63,259 nucleotides of DNA from contig NGBS01000604.1 of the NCBI GenBank assembly GCA_002245135.1, positions 62,001 through 125,259 on the forward strand, read 5' to 3'. Numbering within the stretch: the stretch's first letter is position 1; every line of letters begins with the position of its first letter. Position numbers and translations under genes: made by a program. Source of the stretch: Proteromonas lacertae. Its lineage: Eukaryota. Below the pieces are notes generated by a model. It did no database searches and had not been told where the DNA came from. It saw only the letters and a list, made by a program, of their open reading frames with translations. Of the stretch, positions 14,090 through 28,400 are shown piece by piece.

Positions 14090-15106
14090 ATATAATATGT
14101 TTTTATTAATTTAACTACATAGTGAAAAGAAGAGTTTTGATTTAAATGATAAATCCTTCATATTTTTTTTATCTCAATTAAGTCATTTCAAAGCTCAAGG
14201 TAAAATAGGAAGTGGATTTGATATTAGTACAGCCATATTTGGTAGTCAAATTTATCATGGTGGAAATCGAAAGAATATAATAGAAGAATTAGATGAAAGT
14301 ATAAATAATAAATATATTTATATATATATATAGTTTTATTATCCCATAATTTCATCAATAATGATTTATTTACTTCAATTTCTTTCCCGTTTCCATTACA
14401 ATTATATATATTAATTCCAATCATTCCAATGAAACCTACAATCGATAAAAATACTCCACCAAGATCATCTTCATCATCATGTAATGAAACAACTCCATTA
14501 AAAACACCTCGAAGTGCTCGCTTAAATCGAAGAAGAAAAAGTTCAATGGAAAACCAATATGAAACAAAAACAAAATTGTTTGTTAATAATTTCAACGAAT
14601 GGAGAAGAGAGAATAAAGATAGTTTATTATATAATACATTATGTTTTTATATAAATGATTATATAAAGATAATGAGTGAATTAATAAGATATATGAATGA
14701 AAATCCAATAGGAGTTTGTTCATTAAGTGAAAGTTTGAGTGAAGAAGATAATATCGAATTATATTTTGATAATTTGAAAGAAGAAAAGAATGAATTAATA
14801 AAATCAATTCAATGTAAAAATCGACTTATTAATTATTATTATAACAAATTAGGAATAGAAAGTAATACTGATATAGTTCCGTCAATTCAATTTGAAATAA
14901 TAAGTAAATTATATGAATATAAAAGTGTATTAAGTGTAGGAATACCTGGAGCAGGTGGTTATGATGGAATTTATATAATAAATATGGGTAAAATAGATAG
15001 TGAAATAATCGAATATTTATTATTAAATTATAATTTGAAATTATTAAATGTAAGTAATAATGATAATTTAAAAAGTGGAATAGAAATAGAAAGTAATGAA
15101 TTTTGA
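13498..15106 (+). CDS. ERG8: Phosphomevalonate kinase, ERG8/GHMP type
   Basis: TPGKVFVVGGYVVLE, KTGLGSSSALVTSL, AQGKIGSGFDISTAIFGS and IPGAGGYDGI across several short introns. Confidence 0.88.
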
Positions 15107-15117
15107 ATATTAATTAA

Positions 15118-16263
15118 TTATGAAATATAAGTAATATTTGGATATTTTTTAATTATTCTTCTTTTATAATCTTCATAATTTCTTATTTTATTTCCACTAA
15201 TCCATAATGATTTTAATTCTTTACATTTGTGAAGATTATTTATCATTATTTCTCCACCATTATAACTAATATTGTTAAATCGTATATTCAATTCTTTTAA
15301 TTTAGGTATTTCATTCAAATTTTAACATAAATATCTCACTCTTTCATCATCTATGTCATTAGCTATTTATTATAATTTATAATATTATAATTCTTCTAAA
15401 TTTGGAAAGTATTTCAAACATTTTGAGAATGTTTTTATTCCTTCTGAAGTTATTTCATTTGCTAAAATTATAATCATTATATTTTATACCATATAAATTA
15501 ATAACTGTTATATTATTAATTGTATTAAGCCTTGAACATAAATATTTCATTCCTTCATCTCCATTTTCACATTCTTATGGAATATATTCCATATTTAATA
15601 TATTTAACAGGGTTTCAGATATGTTTGAACCAATAAATGGATATTTCCCACTTTTTATATAATAGAATATTAATCCAAAATTCCAAATATCACTTGATAT
15701 ATCCAACTCTTTTCCTAATAATTCATCATAATAAACAAAACATAAATCATTTCTTTTACCATCATTCTTCATTCCTTCTCTTCCTTTAAACAACAAATTA
15801 TTTAAATAATCACTTATTATCACTTCATTTTCATCATTTAAAAAGATATTTGAGGGTTTTAAATCACTGTGAATTGTTCCACTTTCATTTAAACTCTTCA
15901 ATACATTCATTATTCCATTCAATACTTCAAATACACTACTTTCTTCAAAGTATTTCAGAGGATTTATTATATCTAAGTAAGTTTTATACTCTCTCATCCT
16001 CCTTTCATTTCGATTATTTTGTATTTCATTAAGCCATCAATATTCATATTATTCACTATTTTCATTATTGTCACCACTTTTTCAACTACTTTTTGATCTA
16101 ACTCTCTCACATTCATCACTTTCAATAGTTTCCTTGTCTTGTTGTTAATATCTCGAATTTTTAGTATTTCATTACCATTTTCATGACTTAACAACTATAA
16201 AAGAGTAAAACAAATTAATACTTCATATTTAATATCATTCAACCAACCAGATAAGGATTCCAT
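15118..16263 (-). pseudogene. Decayed kinase-LRR, family B (paralog of 38851..40549)
   Basis: Relative to the 39-kb copy: 16-nt frameshifting deletion near 16000, premature TAA at 15575, ~325-bp internal deletion near 15560, missing LRR units, and a further in-frame stop near 15324. Confidence 0.85.
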
Positions 16264-16446
16264 TTTTTTCTATCCAATTATCTACAACAGAACAATACAG
16301 GAAGAAGAAAAAACAAAAATTTAAATATCAAACTTTTTTACAGTAGGTTTGGTAATTTTCTAGAACTTTCTGATTTTTTATTTTCTTTTTATAAATCAAA
16401 AACAATCACAAATTCAGTTTAAATAATACATTATTCGTATTATAAA

Positions 16447-19400
16447 TTAAAATAACATCATTCTCCTTAATTTCACTACTACAATTGTAATTGAACATAG
16501 GAAAAATGAAGATGCTATTAGATATAATGATATATTCAACAACATTTCATTCTTCTTTATTTCTTCTTTATTTTCTATTTCTTTAACTGCAATTTCTGTT
16601 GTTGTTTCTTCTTCATCATTTGATTCTCTTTCTAAATCTTCTTGTTCTTCACCTTTTTCATCTTTTTCTTTATTATATTTTTCTACTTTAACATCTTCTT
16701 TATCTTTAACATTTTGTTCTTTTATTTCAATATTCAATTCATTTATTTCTTTCTCTTTCTCTTTCTCTTTCTCTTTCTCTTTCTCTTTCTCTTTCTCTTT
16801 CTCTTTCTCTTTCTCTTTCTCTTTTCTCTCTTTCTCTTTCTCTTTCTCTTTTTTCTCTTTCTCTTTTCTCTTTCTCTTTCTCTTTCTCTTTTTTCTCTTT
16901 CTCTTTCTCTTTCTCTTTCTCTTTCTCTTTCTCTTTCTCTTTCTCTTTCTCTTTCTCTTTCTCTTTCTCTTTCTCAGTATCTTTCTCAGTATCTTCTTCT
17001 TTCATTTCTTCATTTTCATTACATTCAATTTCTTTACCATCTTCGATATTTTTCAAAAAGTAATTTAAAGCTATTTCTAAATCTTTATTCATCTCTTCAT
17101 TTTCTTTCACTTTTTCATTCTCTTTTTGCTTTTCTTCAATTTTTATATTATCTAATAATTTCATTTCTTTTTCACTCTTTATTATGATTCTTCCATTATT
17201 CTGATTTGTATTATTCTCTAATAAAGTGATTGGTTTTTCAGCTTCACTTCTTCTATTATCATTATTATTATAACTTACACTACTTGATTTTGAAAATGAT
17301 ACATTATTTATACCATATATTTGTGTATAATAAATAAATATAAATATTAATAATGGAATAAATATTGTAAACAACAATAGGAAAAACATATACTTCCATA
17401 TATTTACTTTTCTTTTATCCAAATTACATTCACTGTATTCACTTTTCATTATTCTACTTCGACCTTTTGTTTGAATTCCTCTTTCTTTATATTCTATTCT
17501 TGTTGTTGAGATACTTTCACTTTTACTAGGAGTTTGCATTTCAAATGATTTCATAAATGAACTTATATCACTTTCTGTTTCTTCTTCTTTTGTTTCTATT
17601 TTCTTTTTATCTTCATTTGAATCTGAAATTATATTCATTATTGGTTCATTACATATAAATTCTAGTTTAATCATTTTCTTTTCTATTTTATCTGTGTTAC
17701 TTTCATTATCTTTCATTTCAGGTTTATCATTAATCTTTTCATTCTTTATTGATATTACATTACATTCTATCAACTTCATTTCTCTTGATCCTGTATTACT
17801 TTCACTATCTTTTAATTCTGGTTTATCTACATCAGCTATACAATCAATTCTTTCAACTGGAGATAATATATTCTCTATCAGATTGTGATGATTTAAATGT
17901 ATTGAATGTGATTTTACTAATTTCATTTTTGCATTTTCAGTATTACTTTCACTATCTTTCATTTCCACTTTATTGTTATTACTAACATCAACTAAACTAT
18001 CAATTCTTTCAATTGGAGAAAGTGCATTTTTATATATATTATTATCATCCAAATTTATTGAATGATATTTTATTAATTTCATTTTTCCTGATTCTGTGTT
18101 ACTTTCACTATTCATCAATTCTGGTTTTGACTCACTGTTATTTGCAATTATACTACTTTCGATTGTTTCTACTGGAGATATTACACTTTCCATATTTTTA
18201 CTATGTTGTAATAACATAGAATTAGATTCTATTAATCTCATTTCTTTTGATTCTGTATTACTTTCATTATCTTTAACTTCAGGTTTATTATTTTTATCAA
18301 TGGTTGAAGTATCTATAGTTTCAACAGGAGACATTACACTTTCCATTCTCTTTATATTCTCTAAATCAATAGAATGTGATTCTATTAGTTTCATTTTTGT
18401 TGATTCTGTGTTACTTTCACTATCTATCAATTCTGGTTTTCTTTCACTATTAATACTACTTTCGATTGTTTCTACTGGAGTTTTAATTGAAGTTAATTCA
18501 TGTTCTCTCACTCTCATTTCACATTTCTCTGATTCAACAAATTCTAACTTTTGTATAACTTCTTTTTCTTTTGTTATTTCTTTTTCTTCTTCTATTATCA
18601 AATTCAAATTAGAAATTATTATGTGATTATCACTATCTTCTCTATTTATTATATCAATATTCTCATTACTAAAACTAAATATTATTCTTTCTGTACTTGT
18701 TTCTATTGATTCCATATCAATTCCTTTCATTGTTTGAATATCACAATTAATTATTGATAGTTCTGGTTTTATTGTACTAACATAATGTTCTCTTTTATCA
18801 TATCTGTTAACTACTGCTTTTATCTTTTCCTCATCCATTTCATTATCAGAAGATGAGGAGGATTTAACATTTTCATAATTATTATCTTTAGCACTTTCAT
18901 CATTCATATTTTCATCTGTTTTGGGTGATATACAATAAGGTGGTGTTAAAGAAGGAGGAGGTAAAAGAATTGACTTTTTTCTATTTGAATTTATTCTTCT
19001 TTCAAATATTCTACTTTTATCTATTCCAACTGTTGTATCTGATACTGATTTTTCTATCACATTATTTGTTGTATTATTTTCTTCATTTACAAATGGAGAA
19101 GACATATGAAATGATTTTTTACCTAAAGAGTTCAATCTTTTATTTCTAATAAACGATAAATTCTGATTAAAATCTATTTCTCTATCTGTTGAAGGAGTTT
19201 CACATATTTCTTTTTCTTTATTACTTTCTTCATTATAATACAACAATTCTTCTTCTTCTATTCCATCATTAATCATCATTATTGATTCATTATTCTCTTT
19301 TATTATTTCTTTCATCATTTCACTCTCTTTTTCATACTCTATTTTATTCATTTTATCTTTATGATAAACATCATTATCATCTATAAAGTCATCATCTTCT

Positions 19401-20755
19401 TTTTCATCTAATTTTATTGGAACTTTACTTGTAAATGTCAAATCATTCTCCATTATCTCAAATGCATTTACTGAATTAGATCTAGACATTCCTGAACCAC
19501 TAAAAGAAGCATTAGCTGATGAACAAGGACTTTCATCGGATGAGAATGATTTATGATTTGATACAGCTGGACTTAATAATGAACTTTCTTTCATACAAAT
19601 ATCACATTTATATCTATCTCTACTGTTATTTCCTAAACATTTTTCACAACATACTCTTCCACATTTATAACACATTATTCTCTTTTCAAATCGACCAAAT
19701 TCATTTGAACATTCATTATTCATACAATATTTACTACTATCATCAAATGCATATTTTACAACTACTGATAATGTTGGATTATTATTAATTAAAGTTTCTT
19801 TAGTTGTGTTTATTGCTTCTTTCCAACTTTTCATATCATTTTCATTTGAAAATGTCACTACAAATGATTTGATTGAACTTACTAGTTGAAATGATAATGC
19901 ATATTTATTCTCATTTAAATCATTTATTCGGATTTCATTTAAATTAAATATATTATGAAATTTTATGGATTTTCCCATCATTGAAGCTTGACCATACATC
20001 AAACTATCATTGAATAATACAAATCGATATTTTTTATCTTTCTTCTTATATAAATCACCTTCTTTTATGAATTTACGATTAGGTTTTAATATTAATATGT
20101 TTTTATTCCATTCTTCAAATATTCTTTTTACTGTTGATTCAGCTATATACTCATTTAATGATTTATTACATTCTTGAATTACTATATCTATTGATTTACT
20201 TGTAGATGTTATTTTTTCTTTTAAATTATTGTTGTTTTCATTTACACATTTTGATAATTCTTTTAATAATAATATATAACGAGGTAATCTTTGTATTGGC
20301 ATTATCTCTATCGAAGCAAAATTTAAACCATCACAATTTGGATTCTTTATACCTTCATCTATAATTGCTCTAAATTTCTTCTTTGATGATAAATTGTGTA
20401 TCTCTTCTATAAATCTTTGATTATCTCTGAAATACTTTAGATAAACTCTGAATTTGTCACTACTTCGAGATAAAATGTCACATATTCCTGTCACTTTATA
20501 TTCAGCACTTATATTATCTTTTCCTATCCTATTAAAGCCATCCACTATCTCTGTGTGTAAATCGATAATTGGCTTTAAGTATGGTATAAAATTATTTACA
20601 ATCTCATTTTTAAGATTTAATTTATTGAATGGAACAAAATAAACATCATTTAACACACTAATGGAATTAGATCATGAAATATTATACTTTAAATATTTTA
20701 AATACTTTCGTTCTGTTTCAAATGTCTCATTAATAATATAATCTATTTTATTCAT
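16447..20755 (-). CDS. RhoGEF(DH)-PH-FYVE (FGD/frabin-like) protein with internal repeats and two TM segments; frameshift inside the KE repeat
   Basis: ETERKY at the start, IMPIQRLPRYILLLKEL (DH), RKFIKEG..FVLFND (PH), Cys-rich FYVE-like finger, ~43-aa repeats, TM FFLLLFTIFIPLLIFIFIYY. ORF 16447..16737 continues the protein in another frame and carries a terminal TM. Confidence 0.8.
16748..16975. repeat. (TCTTTC)n coding microsatellite (KE/RE dipeptide run)
   Basis: Hexamer array visible directly, with several short indels. Confidence 0.95.
17690..18490 (-). repeat. Coding tandem repeat of ~43 aa, 5-6 degenerate copies
   Basis: Repeated unit SPVETIESS..KPELxDSESNTESxxMKLIESHSIxL in the 1305-aa ORF. 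Confidence 0.85.
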
Positions 20756-20756
20756 T
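19568..20756. repeat. Near-identical inverted repeat with 40743..41931 (DH-PH-FYVE region)
   Basis: The first ~360 residues of both ORFs are identical except one V/I. The shared block includes the 30-nt first intron. Confidence 0.92.
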
Positions 20757-20934
20757 TACTTCAGAAGAAAAACATCTAAAAATGTAACAGCTATATTTTA
20801 TTCTTAATCAAGCAATGTCAATTTCATTCATTTTTAACATAATTTTCTGATATTTCTCTCAAAACACACAACCTTAGATTAATAAAATCAACACATACTT
20901 CAATCTCAAGAAAAAATTAAACAAACAATAAATG

Positions 20935-21495
20935 TTATATAATATAAGACAGAATTAACCAAAATTTACGAATATAATGGAACATATTCCACAACACCTT
21001 GAGCATTAACTCTTGATTTCTTTATCATCTTCAATTGTTTCTTACTCATCTTTTTAATCTTATTCACATCTTTAATCTATTGAATAATAGCGAATAAATG
21101 TATATACAACTTGATATGTGGAAGATTTAAGTTCATTTTCTGCTTGTCTCTTCTTATTCTCTTCTTGTCTCTTTCTCAACAACTAAAATGCTATAAGTAT
21201 ATATCAATACAGCTTTCTTTTCTTTTCTTTTTTCTATTAACTCTCGTTCTAACTCTTTTGCTCTTGATCTCTCTTCTTTTAGTTTCATTTTATATTCTAA
21301 TGTCCTTCGAGACTTTGGTATATTTTCAATTACTCTTAAATATGCTCTATTTATCAGTATAAAGTAAAGATGTTGATACGGTTTAGCCTCGCTTTTCCAA
21401 TTTCTGCCACTCTTTGGTTGACCTTTAGGAACCTTGACTGTATTCTTCTTCTCCTCGAATTCCTTCAGATTGTCTTCTTTTAGGTCATTTGACAT
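20935..21495 (-). CDS. CCDC86/Cgr1-like ribosome biogenesis protein
   Basis: KGQPKSGRNWK motif, basic coiled coil, ENELKSSTYQVIKDVNKIKKMSKKQLK after splicing 3 introns. Confidence 0.75.
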
Positions 21496-21564
21496 TTTCG
21501 ATCAAGCCAAAATTAAAAAGCTTGAATGTTTTTTTCTTTATATGCTTTTTACATTTTAATATTA

Positions 21565-24563
21565 ATGATATACTTATCAATAATTATTAATTCACTAGTA
21601 TTTTTATTAATTTACTTTTTAGATAAAAGGGAGAAGAGAAAAGAGTTATAATGAAATAAATATATTGGTTCAAAAAGAAGAAGATATGAAGATGACTAAA
21701 ATCGTAGATATACTAAGAATAAAAGAGAAAGAAATATCAAAGTTAATAGAAAACTATTCATTGTTGAATGATCTTTCACTTCCCTTCATAATTCCTTTCA
21801 AAGTGGAAGTTATCGGCAATAATATGATTATGTTGGAGAGAATATATTATTTAAGAGATTTAGAAGAGGTAATTAAAAGTGAAGCTATCTCAGTTAGTGA
21901 AATTTGTTGTATAATATGTTGTATATGTGATATATTGATAATATTGAATGAATTTGATATAGTATGTGAAAATTTAAAGAGTTCCAATATAGTAATAGAT
22001 GTAAAAATAAAATTATGTGATTTATTCTTAAACACTCTGAGAAAAGAAGAAGATATGAGATTGTATGATATATGCTTCACAAGTCCAGAAAAGTTGAATG
22101 GTTTAGAATGCAATGAAAGAAGTGTGATTTGGTCAATTGGGTGTATATTATATGAAATGATGTTTAAGAAATTACCATTTTTAGAAGATAATAATATGTT
22201 TAAAACAATGAATAATATACTGAGATGTAAATACAATATAGATGTAGAATGTGATGAAATGATGAAAGAAATGATATGTAGAATGCTGAAATTGAAGAAT
22301 GAAGATAGAATGAGTTTGAAAGAGTTGAAGAAAGAAATGATAAAAAAGAGTGAGATGTTGAAATTATACAAAAATAATAAATTAGGAAAAAAGAAATTGA
22401 AATGTCAAATTCATCATTACTGTAAAGATAAAAAAGATGTAGAATGTTATTTAGATGAAATGGTGTTTAACATTAATACTTATGAAGATGATAGAAATAT
22501 TGTGATTATTGATTCAAACTGTGCTTGTCTGTGTAAAGAAGGAATAAATTATTTGTTCAAAATATTGAAACTAGTCAATCCAAATGAAATTTCATTTTGT
22601 ATAATTATAATAATTTCTATTAATATAGTTTTTATTGATATACCATTCCAATATCAATCGTTATTTGGATTATATTTATATATATTATCACATCTACAAG
22701 AATTATATTTATCCAAATGTAATGTAACACATCGTTTTGTAGAATCCTTAATTAAATCAATTTCATTCATGAATTTGAGTAGATTAAGTCTAAAATGTAT
22801 TTATAAATCCATTTATATATTATATTGAAATAGTTAATCCAATTGGTTTAACAGGTTTTAAATTATTACTTCCATATTTACATCTGCTTATTAATGGTAG
22901 TGAATTGCATCTTCGAGGAATGAATTTAAATGATGAATCGATGATATTATTATCAGAAGAGTTATATAAATATCCAAATATTAAGAAAATAGATATTAAA
23001 AACAACAAACATATTAACATAAAAGGATTGAAAGCTTTATTATCCAAATTTCCTATATCCAGAATAGACTTTGATATTGACAGAAAAAAAGAATTACTGT
23101 TATATAAAAATATTCTAAATTTAATGAAGTATAGTGATGTGAGAGGTGAGTTAAATATGAGTAGTTGTGAAATCAATGATGATGTTTTCAAATCATTTAT
23201 TTCCTTAAGATCAGATGAATTAAGAAAGATAACATATTTAGATATGAAGAGTATAAATATTTATTTCCAAATCTATGTGTAGTTGAATTAGAAGGAAACA
23301 ACATAGGAGATATGGGAATAAAAGTACTATCTCCTCATTTACATTTCTTTGGAAAATACTTAACCTTTGGCAGTATAATAACTATTATTTAGTGTCAATA
23401 GAAATGGGATTATCTTCAGCGGGAATAAAATATATCTTAGATGGTATAAAGAAAACGAATGAAAAGATAAAACTAGTTGATATAAGTGACAATAATATAG
23501 ATTCAGTTGGAATAGAACATTTGATGGATTATATAAAAGAGCATGATAATATTGAAAAATTAAGAATCTGTAGTATATCTTAATATTGCTATATATGTTA
23601 TTGTGTAATAGATAATCCAATTGATTTAAATTATTATTGGTTAATTTAGAATTATTGACAGTATATTGTGAAATGAATTTGAGTGATATCTCAATAAATG
23701 ATGAAAGTGTAAAGTTATTGACAAATAGAATAGATTCAATTTCTAATTGCTATACATTAGACTTAAGTGGAAATAATATCAGAATGAATGGATTAAAATC
23801 AATTTGTTCCAAAACATTAGAAAAAGAAGAATATCCATTTATTAAAATGAATAATAAAACATGGAGAAAAGAAGAATGTGAATATTATTTGAATTATTGT
23901 ATTAAAAAGAAAAGAGAAGACAATAAATACTATTATTTTTCGAGTATATTATGTGTGTTTATAATGAAATAGATTTAAATGTGAATGATTCTCATATTTC
24001 ATTAATAAAACAGATTGATTATGAAATACTTGATATATCCAATAACAAGATTAGTTGTAATGGATTGAAAGAATTAACAGATTCTTTTCCAAAAGATGTT
24101 GAATATATCTCAATTCATAATAATGAAATTGGAGATGAAGGAATAGAGATAATATGTAAATATTTAAAGACATTTGTCGAAAAAGATATTATCAATTATT
24201 CTATATCATCATTAAACATCTCAAGTATTTAAAATTCTGTATTGTATTGTATTGTATATAGAAATTGGGATGAGTGAAAAAGGATTGATGATGTTAATAG
24301 AAAGATTAAAAGATAATATACCATTGACAAATATAAATTTATCAGGAAATGAATTAGATGAAAGAGAATTGAGATTAATGAAAGAAAACAAAGAAGTATT
24401 TGAAGATTTAGAAAAATTATCAATAACATTAAAAGAAGATATAGATAAATCAGAATTAAAATCATTTTTAGAAACATTTACATCAATTGGTATAATAGAG
24501 TTGGATGAAATAGAAGAAGAAGAAAAGGAAGAACTATCAAAAGAATATTTGAATGTTAAATAA
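21565..24563 (+). CDS. Pseudokinase-LRR protein, family A copy 2 (divergent)
   Basis: ATG 21565, a 25-nt intron, kinase fold with ENLKSSN and IKLCDL, then LRR exons. The 3' ~800 bp is nearly identical to 27920..28717. Confidence 0.75.
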
Positions 24564-24752
24564 TTCAAATATTAGTTGTTTTACTCTATTATTCTTTTAT
24601 TTGTTAATAATGAAAATGTTTATCATACTATACTGTACATATTTTCATATTTTCTGTTAATATTAAATACTTTCTATATTGTTTTGATCAAATTATTCAA
24701 AATACATTATCAAACCATGATCAAGCCTATATAATTTTCATTTGAGTTTAAA

Positions 24753-25338
24753 ATGTGAATGAAAGAGATTGGTGACTGAATTTATGAATGTGGTGAAGTA
24801 ATTAAGTATCCAGATGAAGAAGATATATATAAAGTGTGTTTAGTAAAACAATTAGTTGAAAGAGTGTAAAGAAAAGAAATAAATCATTGTAGAAATTGTT
24901 GATTGTTTAGTTAATAGAATTGAGTAGATTAATATAATAGAAGAAGAAAAGAGACAAATAATTGTGAAAATGTTGACTATTTTATATTATAGTAGTAATT
25001 GAATTATATGAGTGAAATAGTAAATGAATTGAATATATAGTCGAAGAGATTTAAATCTTCCAGAAAGATTAACAGAAAAAGTCAATAGAATAATGAAATG
25101 AGTGATATAGATTTTATAGATTGTATATTATTTAAATCCTAAATCATAATTTCCAGAATTAGCTCCAGCAGCTACTGAAGCAAGTAAAGTATCAACAGAA
25201 AGTGCTTGGGCAGTAGGCAATGTAGAAGGAGTTGAATTAGAAATAGATGAAAATACAAATGAAGCTGAAGTATTTAATAATACGATGAAGAAAACAAACA
25301 AATTTGCTTTAAAAAAGAAACATCCATTAAATATCTAA
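24753..25338 (+). pseudogene. Decayed coding remnant of an unidentified gene
   Basis: Coding-like composition with repeated in-frame stops: M*MKEIGD*IYECGEVIKYPDEEDIYKVCLVKQLVERV* ... YYLNPKS*FPELAPAATEASKVSTESAWAVGNVEG...HPLNI*. Confidence 0.55.
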
Positions 25339-25476
25339 TATTTTCCTTTAATTTACTTGTTAAAGTTGTTTTTCAAGTGTTAATAAACATGAATATAATA
25401 AACAAATATTGTGTAAGAATGATTTCTGTGTATGTAAATAAAAAATTCCATAAATGAAACGACTCAATATTTTGAA

Positions 25477-28400
25477 ATGTTGCATTTGATAGATAAAGTG
25501 TTATATGCTAAATTAGCATGTGATATGAAAGTATTATAATTAATTTATTTTTATTAGGAGAAAGAGAGAATAGAAAGAAGTGTTAATGAGTTAGATTTAG
25601 TTGTAGAATATGAAACTGATATTCAAAAGTTGAAAGTGTTTAATGTATGTGAAATGAAAGAGAAGCGAATATTAAAATTGTTAGAAAATAAGTGTATGTT
25701 GTTAGTTTGTTGTTCCTCCTTCATTTGTCGATATAGAGTGTATGATATGAATGATTATGGTGAATATATGATATATTGCAGAGAATATTACAGTAGAGAC
25801 TTGAAAGAGATAGTTTCTAAAAATTGTTTATGTGTGAATGAAATATGTGATATAATAAGTTCAATATGTGATGATGTAATGGTAATGAATGAAAATGAGA
25901 TTGCAGTAGGTAATTTGAAGAGTAGTAATGTGATATATGAAGAGAATGGTATTTTAAAGTTATGTGATTTATGTTTGAATGAAATAAGAAAAGAAGAAGA
26001 TATGAGATTGTATGATATATGCTTCACAAGTCCAGAAGAGTTGAATGGATATGAATGTGATGATGTAAGTGTGATTTGGTCAATTGGGTGTATATTATAT
26101 GAAATGATGTTTAAGAAATTACCATTTTCAGAAGATAATAATATGTTTAAAACAAGAGAGAATATTGTGAGATGTAAATACAATATAGATGTAGAATGTG
26201 ATGATAGAATGAAAGAGATGATATATAGAATGTTGAAAGTGAAGAATGAAGATAGAATGAGTTTGAAAGAGTTGAAGAAAGAAATGATAAAAATGAGTGA
26301 AATATTGATAGATGAAGGTGATAATATGATGATATGTGAAGAAAGAAAAGAAATATTATATAATAATGATAATACAATTGTTAGACTTCCAATAACATAT
26401 CCATCAAAATATTATATTGAAAGTGAAAAAAGAGAAGTGATTAGAGATAAATTGATAGAATCCTACAATATTCAACCAAATGAAAGAATATTGTCAATAT
26501 TATTGATGATGAAAATGTACAAAGAAGATAATTCAATTGAAGATAGATTGAAATATCAAATACATCATAAATGTAAATATGGAGAATGTAATTTAGATGA
26601 GATAATATTTAAGATAAAAAGTGATTATTCAGATAAAGAAATGATGAAAATAGAATCAGATCGTATATGTTTGTGTGAAGAAGGAATGAATTATTTATTT
26701 AGAATATTGAGAAAAATCAATCCAACTAAGCTGAAATTTAGTATTTTTCTATATATTGTTATTTGTATAGATTATATTCACATACCAATTATTCATCAAT
26801 CATTATTTATATCATATTTGACTGGATTATCAAATCTACAAACATTAGATTTATCAAGTTGTAATCTTACTTCCTATTTCATTGAATCATTTGTTAAATC
26901 AATTCCATTAATGAAATTGAAATATATAAATCTTCATTGTATTTATAATCATATTGTTATTTTATGAAATAGATAATCGAATTGGTGTGAAAGGATTTAA
27001 ATTGTTACTTCCATATTTGAATTTATTAATCAACAAAAACATAGAATTGGATTTTTATGGAATGAATTTAAATGATGAATGTATGATGTTATTATCATCA
27101 GAATTATATAAATATCCAAATCTTAATAAAATAGATATTCAATACAACCAAAACATTCATTTAATAGGATTAAAAGCCTTATTCTCCAAATTTCCAATCT
27201 CAAAAATAGAATTTGATTTTAATAGAAGTAAAGAAATACTGATTGATAAAGACATTCCTGAATTAGTCAAATATATAAACCAATACAATGAATTATATCT
27301 GATTAATTCAGAAATAGATGATGATATTATCAAAAGATTCACTTCATTAAAATCAAATGAATTGAAAGAAATAGAAAGGTTATATTTGTATTGTATAATT
27401 TGATATTTTTATTATTATATAGATAATAAACTAACATACAAAAGTATAGAAATATTGATAAACAATTTGTCTTCATTTCCAAATCTTCAACATCTTGAAT
27501 TATATGGAAATGAAATAGGAGATGAAGGAATGAAAATATTATCTCCACATTTGAGTCTATTAAAAGAATGGGATGATAGAATAGATTGTTCAAGTATCAA
27601 TACTATCATTTAATATTCAATAGAAATGGGATTATCTTCAATTGGATTGAAATATTTATTAGATGGTTTAAAGAGTATTCATCAAAAGATTAGATTGGAT
27701 ATAAGTGATAATAATATAGATTCAGAAGGAATAGAATATTTGATGAATTATGTGAAAGAAAATGATAATATTAATGAATTGAATATTCATGGTATATTTA
27801 TGGTAGTTTTTAATTTGTTTAATAGATAATCCAATTGGTAATGCTGGATTTAAGCTATTACTAAACAATGTAATCATGTTATTAGCAAATTATTTAAAGA
27901 AAATTGATTTAACCAATATCTCAATAGATGATGAAAGTGTGATATTATTAGCTGATAAGATAGATTCAATTTCTAATTGCAACACAATATACTTAAGTGG
28001 AAATAATATCAGAATGAATGGATTAAAATCAATTTGTTCCAAAACATTAGAAAAAGAAGAATATCCATTTATTAAAATGAATAATAAATCATGGAGAAAA
28101 GAAGAATGTGAATATTATTTGGATTATTGTATTAAAAATAAAAGAAGTTATGAAAAATGTTATGATTTTTCGAGTATATTATGTGTGTTTATAATGAAAT
28201 AGATTTAAATTTGAATGATTCTCATATTTCATTAATAAAACAGATTGATTATGAAATACTTGATATATCCAATAACAAGATTAGTTGTAATGGATTGAAA
28301 GAATTAACAGATTCTTTTCCAAAAGATGTTGAATATATCTCAATTCATAATAATGAAATTGGAGATGAAGGAATAGAGATAATATGTAAATATTTAAAGA

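Noticed and set aside
24753..25338. Stop-codon reassignment as the explanation for in-frame TAA/TGA
   Set aside because: TAA, TAG and TGA all terminate conserved genes here, and the long ORFs contain no internal stops. Decay or tiny introns explain the breaks.
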